DNA of 48,990 nucleotides from a virus, in IMG/VR virus record IMGVR_UViG_3300048916_000093, positions 1 to 48,990 of that record; one strand, 5' to 3'. The notes below the pieces were generated by a model, which did not search any database, had not been told where the DNA came from, and saw only the letters and a list, made by a program, of their open reading frames with translations. Below, piece after piece: positions 1 to 7,356 of this stretch (positions within the stretch are counted from its first letter, which is position 1; every line of letters starts with the position of its first letter). A program made the translations under genes and the position numbers.

Positions 1-127
1 TAGCGTCACCGCCGCGACGCAGGATTTCGTTACTTTCTCGACGATCTTCCAGCCCAGCGACGACGACATGATTGCCTTTGCCGCATGGTGCAGCGATCAG
101 TCGGCGCGTTTCCCCTATATCCAGTGG
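1..127. repeat. Terminal exact duplication, copy 1 (nt 1-127 = nt 48864-48990)
   Basis: Read directly: tagcgtcaccgccgcgacgcagg...cccctatatccagtgg is present at both ends. Joining the ends keeps the sheath-like ORF in frame. The simplest reading is the overlap of a circular assembly; true terminal redundancy is not excluded. Confidence 0.95.
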
Positions 128-853
128 GACAACAACGCGGCCATGACCGTGGCTGGCGACGTCGCGAGCGCGGCGGCCCAGATCCGCGACGCGCTTTACG
201 AGGGTATCGAAAGCATCTATTCGCCTTCGCAAGGGCCGTTCAAGGCCGCGTTCGTCATGGGGGCCATTGCCTCGATCGACTTCACGCGCACCAACGGGCG
301 AACCAATATCGCCCTCCTGTCCCAAGCTGGCCTCTCCGCCGACGTAACGGACGGCACGATCGCGGACACCCTCAAGGCGAACGGCTATAACTATTACGGG
401 GCGTTCGGCACCGCCAATGCGGATTTCCTGCTCTTCAACCCCGGTTCGGTAACGGGTCCGTTCTTGTGGATGGACAGCCTGATCAACTCGATTTGGATGA
501 CCAACGCTTTCCAACTTTCGGGCATGACCCTGCTTACGACCATCCACAATATTCCGTATAATGCGGAAGGTTATGCGACGATCGACGCCAACTTCATCGG
601 CGTGATCGACGCGGCCGTCCGTTTCGGAGCCATCCGGGCCGGCGTGCCGCTCGATCCGACCCAGGCGGCGGCGGTCAACGCTCAAGCGGGGCTCAAGATC
701 AGCGACGTTCTCACGCAACGCGGGTGGTACCTCCAGATTCTGCCGGCGTCGCCCCAGGTGCGTAGCGCGCGCGGCTCGCCGCCCATGACCTTTTGGTACA
801 CGGACGGGCAATCCGTCCAGCAACTCAACCTCAACACGGCGGAGGTCCAGTAA
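2..853 (+). CDS. Tail sheath-like protein, 3' part (same gene as 48016..48990)
   Basis: The frame of ORF 68..853 is open back to nt 2 (SVTAATQDFVTFSTIFQPSDDDMIAF...). It is the same frame as 48016 once the 127-nt overlap is collapsed. Confidence 0.8.
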   Translation, partial: SVTAATQDFVTFSTIFQPSDDDMIAFAAWCSDQSARFPYIQWDNNAAMTVAGDVASAAAQIRDALYEGIESIYSPSQGPFKAAFVMGAIASIDFTRTNGRTNIALLSQAGLSADVTDGTIADTLKANGYNYYGAFGTANADFLLFNPGSVTGPFLWMDSLINSIWMTNAFQLSGMTLLTTIHNIPYNAEGYATIDANFIGVIDAAVRFGAIRAGVPLDPTQAAAVNAQAGLKISDVLTQRGWYLQILPASPQVRSARGSPPMTFWYTDGQSVQQLNLNTAEVQ

Positions 854-1290
854 TGGCCGACAAGACGCTTACCGGCGCAAACGCCGTTCTCATGCTGGGG
901 GTGACGGGACTCGTCGACGTGCCCCAGCGTATCCAGGGCTTCGCGACCGATGACGTCTATGACGTTGCCGCGATCAACAGTGCCGAAACGGTTCCGGGGG
1001 TTGACGGCAAACTCTCCGCCGGCTGGATTTATGTCCCGATCGAGCAAGGCTACACGCTCCAGGCGGATAGCGATTCGATCGACTTTTTCGAACAGCTCTA
1101 CTCCGCGCAACAGCAAGTCCAGGAGACGTATCGGCTGTTCGGGTCGGTCTATCTCCCGTCGGTGCAGCGCGTCTATACGATGACGCGCGGCATCCTCACC
1201 AACTACAACCCCATGCCGACGGTCAAGAAAATCATTCAGCCGCGCAAATTCTCGATCGTGTGGGAAGCGGTCACGGCGGGGCCGCTCTGA
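853..1290 (+). CDS. Tail tube protein (putative)
   Basis: 145 aa (MADKTLTGANAVLMLGV...). The start forms a TAATG overlap with the sheath stop. Size and position fit the canonical order sheath-tube-chaperone-tape measure. Confidence 0.7.
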   Translation: MADKTLTGANAVLMLGVTGLVDVPQRIQGFATDDVYDVAAINSAETVPGVDGKLSAGWIYVPIEQGYTLQADSDSIDFFEQLYSAQQQVQETYRLFGSVYLPSVQRVYTMTRGILTNYNPMPTVKKIIQPRKFSIVWEAVTAGPL

Positions 1291-1291
1291 T

Positions 1292-1810
1292 ATGTCCCGC
1301 AACACGGCAACCGTGATTATCGAGGGCGGGGACGATAATCGCGATAGGGGCAAGACGTTCTTCCTCACGGAGTTTCCCCCGCGCAAGTCGCACGCCTGGG
1401 CCATTCGGGCGTTGACTGCGGTCGCGCGATCGGGGGCGACGGTCATGGACGATACCATGGTCCAGGCGGTCAAGGATTCGGGCATGGCCGCAATGGCCGC
1501 GCTAGGGCTCCGTGCCGTTACCAGCATCGCCTATGAGGACGCTATGTCGTTGCTCGACGAGTTGCTTGAGGCGGTCATGTTCGTGCCCGACCCGTCGAAG
1601 ATCGACAAGTCGACGATGCATCCTTTTTCCCGTCCGCTCAACGATAGCGATATCGACGAGATCAGCACGATCGCGCTCTTGCATGACGAGGTCTTCAAGC
1701 TCCACACGGGTTTTTCGGTCGCCGCCTACCTCTCAATGTTGGGGCTGGCGGCGAAGGAACGTTTGAGCTTGCTGAATACGCCAACGTCGCCCGAATCATC
1801 GGAGACGTAG
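1292..1810 (+). CDS. Tail assembly chaperone, 0-frame product (G-like)
   Basis: 172 aa, lying directly between the tube and tape measure genes. It contains the slippery site G_GGT_TTT at 1708-1714. Confidence 0.75.
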   Translation: MSRNTATVIIEGGDDNRDRGKTFFLTEFPPRKSHAWAIRALTAVARSGATVMDDTMVQAVKDSGMAAMAALGLRAVTSIAYEDAMSLLDELLEAVMFVPDPSKIDKSTMHPFSRPLNDSDIDEISTIALLHDEVFKLHTGFSVAAYLSMLGLAAKERLSLLNTPTSPESSET

Positions 1811-1944
1811 TCAACTCCGGGCTTGCAACGCTACACGAGATTGACACGGTCTATGGGATGGAGGACCTTTACGACCTGATCGAAATTGCGACGGTCGGGG
1901 CTATCAACCGAAAGCGGGCGAGCGAAAATGCCGGGGATAATTGA
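1292..1944 (+). CDS. Tail assembly chaperone, predicted -1 frameshift product (GT-like)
   Basis: The -1 frame is open from 1687 to TGA 1942-1944. It reads ...FELAEYANVARIIGDVVNSGLATLHEIDTVYGMEDLYDLIEIATVGAINRKRASENAGDN. Slippage at 1708-1714 would fuse it to the chaperone. Confidence 0.5.
1708..1714 (+). promoter_or_regulatory. Candidate -1 programmed ribosomal frameshift heptamer GGGTTTT (G_GGT_TTT in the 0 frame)
   Basis: The 0-frame codons are acg ggt ttt tcg (T G F S). This is an X_XXY_YYZ pattern located where tailed-phage chaperone frameshifts occur. Confidence 0.5.
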
Positions 1945-3712
1945 TAGCTTCATTGTCGAATGGATTCTTGACCCGGCGAAGTATATCGCGGGCCGAAAGA
2001 AGCTCGGCGAAGAGAACAAAAAGGCCCGTACCGAAGAAGAGAAACTCGCGAAGCAACGCGAGATCGACAGCAAGCGAGCGGCCGAAGGTGTCGCGAAAGT
2101 ACGTAACGAGGTTGTCGGGCTCTTCTTGGCATTCCAGGGCGCAAGCTCCGTCAAATCCTTTATTACCGATATGCTGGCGGGTGACGCGGCGACAGGTCGT
2201 CTTGCGAAGAACCTGAATACGTCGACCAATGAGCTTTCCGCTTGGCAAATCGCGGTACGTTCGGCCGGCGGAGAGGCCCAGGACGCCAATAGCGCCTTTG
2301 GGGTCATGGCCCAGCTCCTACAGAATTTCAAGAATACGGGCCTTACTGGGCAGGAAAGCAACCTCCGCGCCTTGGGCCTTGCGCCCGGCGATCTTTCCAA
2401 CCCGGCGGAAGCCCTGCTCAAGCTGGCGGATGCTCGCGAGCGTTTCGTCAAGAGCGAAGGCGAGGCGGCCGGCAGCGCTCATTTCTACGGCCTCGCGAAG
2501 GGCATCGGGTTGTCCGACGCCGTGATCAATACCTTGGTCAAAGGTCGTTTGGAGTTAACGCGCCAGATTTCGGAATTGGAGCGCCACGGCGCGGCTACCG
2601 ACGAAGATGCCAAAAAAGCGGCCGAATTCGAGAAGAAGTGGGCGGAGCTACAGGCGCGCATTTCCGGTGCGGTGCGTCCCGAAATCTATCGACTCGTCAC
2701 GGCGATCTTGGATCTAACGGATGGCCTGGAGAAAGGCACCGTCGATCTTCACGATTTGTCCGGACCCTTGCTTGCCGTTGCCGTATTGGCGGGGCTGGCA
2801 GAGGCCCCCTTTATCGCGCTGGCGGCGGCGATCGGGTTCGTCGCGGTCAATATCGACAAGCTTCGCGACGCGTGGAAAGGCTACGAGGATTGGTACAACA
2901 ACCTGTCGTCGTCCACGGATACGATCTTCGACCCGGTTCGCCGCGCCCTGGGCATGAAGACCGGCGCGGAGGCGCGTAGGGACCATACCGACGTTCTAGG
3001 CTGGCCAACTGGGGGCATCGGAAACACTGGCGGAGGTGCGGCGGGCGCGGCGATCGGTGGGAGCCTGGGCGGTGGCGGCGGGGGCGGACAGACACCGGAG
3101 CAACGTCGCAACTGGGCCAAGATCCAAAGAGAAACTCGCGCCGCGGGTGGTGGCGGCGGGGGCGGAGCCGGTGTTGAGGACGTGTACCAGTATTTCCGCC
3201 AACAAGGATATAGCGACGCCGCGGCGCGAGGCATTGCGGCCGGGGTCTTCGCGGAGAGCGGCGGCCGGCACAATCGATATAATGAGGCGGGGTCCGGTGC
3301 CTACGGCCTCGCCCAGTGGTTGTCCAAAGACCGCCTCGCGGATTTCCGCCGCACCTATGGTCATGATCTCTCGTCTTCGAGTCGCGCCGAACAGCTCGCT
3401 TTCATTGCGAAGGAGCTGCGGACGACGGAGGGTGGCGCGGGCGCTCGTATCCGTGGTTCGAAGTCGGCCTACGAGGCGCTCCATGCGTTCGTTCATGGAT
3501 ACGAACGGCCGGGTGCCGGTGCCGGTGGAGATCTTCGGCGCGGCTCGCGATACCTCGCGGGCGTTGGGGCCGGCGGGACCGGCTCGATCACGATCAATGG
3601 GGGCGTCACTGTCAACACTCCCGCGACCGACGCGGATGGCATCGCTCGCGACCTCATACCGGCCATTCGTCGTCGCGCGACCACGACACAAGCCAATCGA
3701 GGGCTTGACTGA
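1928..3712 (+). CDS. Tape measure protein with C-terminal lysozyme-like domain
   Basis: About 594 aa from ATG 1928 (the ORF is open from 1886). It has a coiled-coil-like N half, a hydrophobic segment (LLAVAVLAGLAEAPFIALAAAIGFVAV) and Gly runs. The motif GIAAGVFAESGGRHNRYNEAGSGAYGLAQWLSKDRLADF is typical of phage tail lysozyme domains. Confidence 0.85.
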   Translation: MPGIIDSFIVEWILDPAKYIAGRKKLGEENKKARTEEEKLAKQREIDSKRAAEGVAKVRNEVVGLFLAFQGASSVKSFITDMLAGDAATGRLAKNLNTSTNELSAWQIAVRSAGGEAQDANSAFGVMAQLLQNFKNTGLTGQESNLRALGLAPGDLSNPAEALLKLADARERFVKSEGEAAGSAHFYGLAKGIGLSDAVINTLVKGRLELTRQISELERHGAATDEDAKKAAEFEKKWAELQARISGAVRPEIYRLVTAILDLTDGLEKGTVDLHDLSGPLLAVAVLAGLAEAPFIALAAAIGFVAVNIDKLRDAWKGYEDWYNNLSSSTDTIFDPVRRALGMKTGAEARRDHTDVLGWPTGGIGNTGGGAAGAAIGGSLGGGGGGGQTPEQRRNWAKIQRETRAAGGGGGGGAGVEDVYQYFRQQGYSDAAARGIAAGVFAESGGRHNRYNEAGSGAYGLAQWLSKDRLADFRRTYGHDLSSSSRAEQLAFIAKELRTTEGGAGARIRGSKSAYEALHAFVHGYERPGAGAGGDLRRGSRYLAGVGAGGTGSITINGGVTVNTPATDADGIARDLIPAIRRRATTTQANRGLD

Positions 3713-4341
3713 TGGCCGGGCCACGCTTCCCCGACGTGCCCGATACGCCCGGCGTACCTCCGGTCTATCGAGACGATTCGAACCCGGCGACACCCCCGAC
3801 GCCCGCGGCGATTGCGACCACGGATAGCGCCCAGGTCCAGGCGAGCGCTCACCCCGCATGGGCCATCGTCAAGGCTGGCGGCGCGGCGGCGATCGGCGTG
3901 GACAGCATCGTAGAGCTCTCCCCCTCCAGAGACTTCCGGATCTCGGATTATCCCGTCGAGAATGGCGGTTTTCAGAACTACAATAAGGTTGCGCTGCCGG
4001 CCGAAACCCGCGTCCTCGTGACCAAAGAGGGCAACGATAGTGACCGACAGGGGTTTTTCGATCAATTGGACGCGCTGATCGAGACGACCGATATGGTCAA
4101 TATCGTAACGCCGGATAGCTCATATCTGGACCGCAACCTCGTGCGCTACAACTTCGATCGTAGAGCCGATCGGGGGCGCGCACTGATCACGGTGGAGTTG
4201 ATTTTCCAGGAGATCCGCCAGACCGCCAAGAGCGCCTTCACGGACAGCAAGCAACCCTCCGGCAATGATCCGGTCAACGACGGCCCGGTCCAGCCGGGAA
4301 CGCCCACCGGGCCACAGACGCCCCCAGGACCGCCCGCATGA
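3712..4341 (+). CDS. Tail tip/baseplate-associated protein (function unassigned)
   Basis: 209 aa, with a TGATG overlap to the tape measure stop. It lies in the baseplate module. Confidence 0.7.
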   Translation: MAGPRFPDVPDTPGVPPVYRDDSNPATPPTPAAIATTDSAQVQASAHPAWAIVKAGGAAAIGVDSIVELSPSRDFRISDYPVENGGFQNYNKVALPAETRVLVTKEGNDSDRQGFFDQLDALIETTDMVNIVTPDSSYLDRNLVRYNFDRRADRGRALITVELIFQEIRQTAKSAFTDSKQPSGNDPVNDGPVQPGTPTGPQTPPGPPA

Positions 4342-4637
4342 GCCTTATTACCGTCCCTCTCGACGCGGTGGCGTCCCAAACCCTCACGGTGGCCCTGGGG
4401 GGCCAGAGCGTGCGTCTCAACGTCTATACGCGCACCTTCGGGCTCTACGTCGACGTTTACGTCAACAATGCCCTGATTATCGGCGGGGTGGCCGCGCTCA
4501 ACCTCGTCAAGATTGTCCGGTCGACCTACCTGGGCTTTATCGGTGATCTCTATTTCTACGATACGTTGGCAAAGGAAAACCCGGTCTATACCGGTTTCGG
4601 GAGTCGTTTCGTGTTGCTCTATGACGACGCGCTATGA
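4338..4637 (+). CDS. Small baseplate-module protein
   Basis: 99 aa, with ATGA overlaps at both ends. Confidence 0.65.
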   Translation: MSLITVPLDAVASQTLTVALGGQSVRLNVYTRTFGLYVDVYVNNALIIGGVAALNLVKIVRSTYLGFIGDLYFYDTLAKENPVYTGFGSRFVLLYDDAL

Positions 4638-5545
4638 GCCTCTCCAAACGCCATATCACCTTGCGGTTCAAACTCGCGCAAGGGGCCTTCGATCAGAATA
4701 ATAACGACAGTTTCGAGATATCCGGACTCCGCGTCTCCGCGACAGTTACTAAGGCCGGCGGCGCGTCGCAATCCAACTTGTCGCTCCGCGTCTTCGGCCT
4801 GCCCCTTTCCGTCATGAATAAATTGACGATCTTGGGTAAGCCGCTTGTCGACGGCCGGAGCAACACCGTATCGATTCTCGCGGGGTCGGACGCGTCGGGA
4901 CAGGCGGCCGTGTTCGAAGGGACCATATCGGAAGCCTGGGTCGACGCTGGCGGCGCTCCGGCCGTGTCGTTCATGGTGGCGGCATTCTCCGGCATCGTGC
5001 CGGCCCTCAAGCCGATCGCGCCCACGAGCTACAAAGGCCCGATCGACGCCGCGCTTGCGGCCTCCGCGCTCGCCCAGGAGAATGGGTATTCGTTCGAAAA
5101 CTCCGGGGTGCAAGTCACCTTGCGGAGTCCTTATTATCCGGGGACCATGCTCTCTCAATTGGAGGCCATGGCTCAAGAAGGGGATTTCAACTACATTCTG
5201 GACGATAACGCGGTATCGCCTGGAGGCATCGCCACGGGTAAAACGTTGGCCATCTGGCCAAAGGACGGCTCGCGCAACGGCGACGTCCCTTTGATCGCGC
5301 CGGACACGGGCATGATTGGATACCCCACACGGACCGAAAACGGTATTTTGGTCCGGACGCTCTTCAATCCCAACCTCGTCTTTGGTGGTCAAATTCAGGT
5401 GGAAAGCTCTCTTACGCCAGCCAACGGCAAGTGGTCGATTTTCAGGATCGAACACGAGCTGGAAAGCGAGACGCCCGGCGGCAAATGGTTTACGTCGGCG
5501 GAATGCTCGATCTTCGGGCAGGGGGTTCCGACGACCAATGGTTGA
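4634..5545 (+). CDS. Baseplate hub-like protein
   Basis: 303 aa, positioned upstream of the spike protein. The segment ...LIAPDTGMIGYPTRTENGILVRTLFNPNLVFGGQIQVESS resembles XkdQ/hub-type proteins. Confidence 0.6.
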   Translation: MSLSKRHITLRFKLAQGAFDQNNNDSFEISGLRVSATVTKAGGASQSNLSLRVFGLPLSVMNKLTILGKPLVDGRSNTVSILAGSDASGQAAVFEGTISEAWVDAGGAPAVSFMVAAFSGIVPALKPIAPTSYKGPIDAALAASALAQENGYSFENSGVQVTLRSPYYPGTMLSQLEAMAQEGDFNYILDDNAVSPGGIATGKTLAIWPKDGSRNGDVPLIAPDTGMIGYPTRTENGILVRTLFNPNLVFGGQIQVESSLTPANGKWSIFRIEHELESETPGGKWFTSAECSIFGQGVPTTNG

Positions 5546-6170
5546 TACCTACGCCGGCACGCAATCCGTCTTTGACGGAGGGACTGAATACAGCCGCATG
5601 GCCTATGTCGTGCGCTCGATCCTGGGCCGCACCGCAACCGCAACACTCGTCATCGTCAAAACCGTGACCAACGCGGGGGAAGTTGAGCCCGTGGGATTGA
5701 TCGACGTCCAGCCGATGGTTGCCCAGCTTGACGGCAAAAGCCAGCCGACGCCGCACGGGATAATCCATGACGTGCCCTATTTCCGCGTCCAGGGCGGCAC
5801 GAACGCCGTTATCATGGACCCCAAGGTTGGGGATATCGGAATCTGCGTTTTTGCGTCGCACGATCTATCGGCGGTGAAAGAGAATAAGGCCCCGTCAAAT
5901 CCGGGCTCGCGCCGTCGTTTCTCTATGGCCGACGCGCTCTATATCGGGGGCGTCCTCAACGGTACGCCCGAAAACTATATCCGGTTCACGAGTGACGGGG
6001 AGATCGAGCTATCGCCCGCGACCAAGGTCAAAATCATTGGCGACCTGGAGGTGACGGGCGATATCTCGACGGAGGATGGGGACGTTATCGCCGGGACGGT
6101 GAGCTTGTCCGATCACGTCCATTCGGGGGTGACGACCGGAGGCGGAGATTCCGGACCACCCGTCCCATAA
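5538..6170 (+). CDS. Baseplate spike / assembly protein V-like (Mu gp45-like)
   Basis: ATG 5538 overlaps the preceding stop. The peptides VKTVTNAGEVEPVGLIDVQPMV...VGDIGICVFASHD...DHVHSGVTTGG are typical of gpV-type proteins. Confidence 0.8.
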   Translation: MVDTYAGTQSVFDGGTEYSRMAYVVRSILGRTATATLVIVKTVTNAGEVEPVGLIDVQPMVAQLDGKSQPTPHGIIHDVPYFRVQGGTNAVIMDPKVGDIGICVFASHDLSAVKENKAPSNPGSRRRFSMADALYIGGVLNGTPENYIRFTSDGEIELSPATKVKIIGDLEVTGDISTEDGDVIAGTVSLSDHVHSGVTTGGGDSGPPVP

Positions 6171-6251
6171 GAGTCCGCGGCGCGTCCGACGGGAGCGCGG
6201 GATTGCACGCCCGGCATCGGCACCATTGGGGATGAATTTTCATACTTGGCC

Positions 6252-6449
6252 CTAACTGCTATCTATCGTGATCTCGTGCCAACAAATGGCGCATTTCCAC
6301 ACAGTCAGGCAACGCCCGATTACACGATCGTCGTAATACTCATGCACGCAGAATTCGTCCGGCGAGCCCAATTCGACCTCGCCGGAGCCGTTGCAATTCC
6401 AGCAAATAATTCTCTTATCGCCCCCGCATTTAGGGCAAGGAACCATCAT
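6252..6449 (-). CDS. Small zinc-finger protein with two DnaJ-type CXXCXGXG motifs
   Basis: 65 aa: MMVPCPKCGGDKRIICWNCNGSGEVELGSPDEFCVHEYYDDRVIGRCLTVWKCAICWHEITIDSS. GAGG lies 8 nt upstream. The ATG overlaps the stop of the upstream peptide gene (ATGA). Confidence 0.6.
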   Translation of the reverse strand: MMVPCPKCGGDKRIICWNCNGSGEVELGSPDEFCVHEYYDDRVIGRCLTVWKCAICWHEITIDSS

Positions 6450-6568
6450 GGGTGGGCCTCGTAGCGGCTTATGCCGTCGAGCGACGCGCGGAAGGAGTCC
6501 ACGGCGGCGCTGATGCCCAGGATGACAACGACCGACAACGCCACCGTGACCAGCAATTTCGCGATCAT
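6446..6568 (-). CDS. 40-aa single-pass membrane peptide (below the ORF-track cutoff)
   Basis: Hand-translated: MIAKLLVTVALSVVVILGISAAVDSFRASLDGISRYEAHP. ATGA overlaps are present at both ends (6565-6568 and 6446-6449). Confidence 0.5.
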   Translation of the reverse strand: MIAKLLVTVALSVVVILGISAAVDSFRASLDGISRYEAHP

Positions 6569-6897
6569 CGTTCAAGCCGATCGTGGAGAGCGACCGCGCC
6601 GTAGAAGTGCTGCCCGCACGCGCGCTCGACGGCTTCGCCAAAACGCCTGTCGCTGCTTGCGATATATCGGCCGCCAAAGCTCACCCCGGCTTGAACCACA
6701 CCGGCCGCATTGACCGGAACGATACGGGCGCAACCGGACGCTCCCGCCGCCTTCATGACCATGACCGGCGGGCATTCGACGGAGGGCTCAAAGGGGCCGT
6801 CCGCATTGATCACGCACACCGCGCGGGCGCGTTCGGGAAGGACCGAAAGCGAGTCGCGCCGGCCCTCGTTGGAAAAGATATTCGCGATAATTCCCAT
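6565..6897 (-). CDS. Hypothetical 110-aa protein, first gene of the opposite-strand cassette
   Basis: MGIIANIFSNEGRRD... AAAGGAA lies upstream of ATG 6897. I recognise no family. Confidence 0.65.
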   Translation of the reverse strand: MGIIANIFSNEGRRDSLSVLPERARAVCVINADGPFEPSVECPPVMVMKAAGASGCARIVPVNAAGVVQAGVSFGGRYIASSDRRFGEAVERACGQHFYGAVALHDRLER

Positions 6898-6930
6898 GTC
6901 TCAATTCCTTTCGAACAAACCATGCACTGG

Positions 6931-6948
6931 CTTGACCGCACGGTCAAG
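6931..6948. promoter_or_regulatory. Perfect 18-bp palindrome CTTGACC-GCAC-GGTCAAG in a divergent intergenic region
   Basis: It presents GCTTGACCG (the recurrent -35-like motif) on both strands. It lies between the minus gene at 6897 and the plus gene at 6994. Confidence 0.6.
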
Positions 6949-6993
6949 CTAATAATGCGAGCATCCCAAATTATTTTGCGTTACGGTGGAAGA

Positions 6994-7347
6994 ATGGACG
7001 CGCTGCTACTCGATCGCGATACGTGGGACTTATGCATTGACGCGTCCAATCGGATAGCCGTCGCCAAAGATCCTTATGCCATTATCCAGAACGTCGCGTG
7101 TGCGGTTCGCCTGTTTATCGGGGAGCTTTGGTACGGTCCCGCGAGCAAGGGCATTCCCTACCGTCAAGAGGTCTTCAATAAGGGATACCCGACGAGCTAT
7201 TACAAGGCTCGCGTCGTCGCTGCGGCTATGGTGGTTCCGGGCGTCGCGAGTGCGAAATGCGTTCTCACCACCTTGACCGATCGCGAAATCAAAGGTCAAG
7301 TCCAGATTGTAACGACCGACGGGCAAGCGCTCGTCGTCGGCTTCTAA
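6994..7347 (+). CDS. Baseplate wedge protein (XkdS/DUF2634- or gp25/W-like)
   Basis: 117 aa from ATG 6994, preceded by GGTGGAAGA. The segment AIIQNVACAVRLFIGELWYGPASKGIPY matches the pattern of this small baseplate family. It lies upstream of baseplate J. Confidence 0.7.
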   Translation: MDALLLDRDTWDLCIDASNRIAVAKDPYAIIQNVACAVRLFIGELWYGPASKGIPYRQEVFNKGYPTSYYKARVVAAAMVVPGVASAKCVLTTLTDREIKGQVQIVTTDGQALVVGF

Positions 7348-7356
7348 GGGGCGAGC

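Noticed and set aside
6252-6677. 141-aa version of the zinc-finger ORF, and the 254-aa plus ORF 6583-7347
   Set aside because: The long forms overlap each other and the 110-aa gene. The shorter models give three ATGA-coupled minus genes plus a 117-aa wedge protein with its own SD, which is far more parsimonious.
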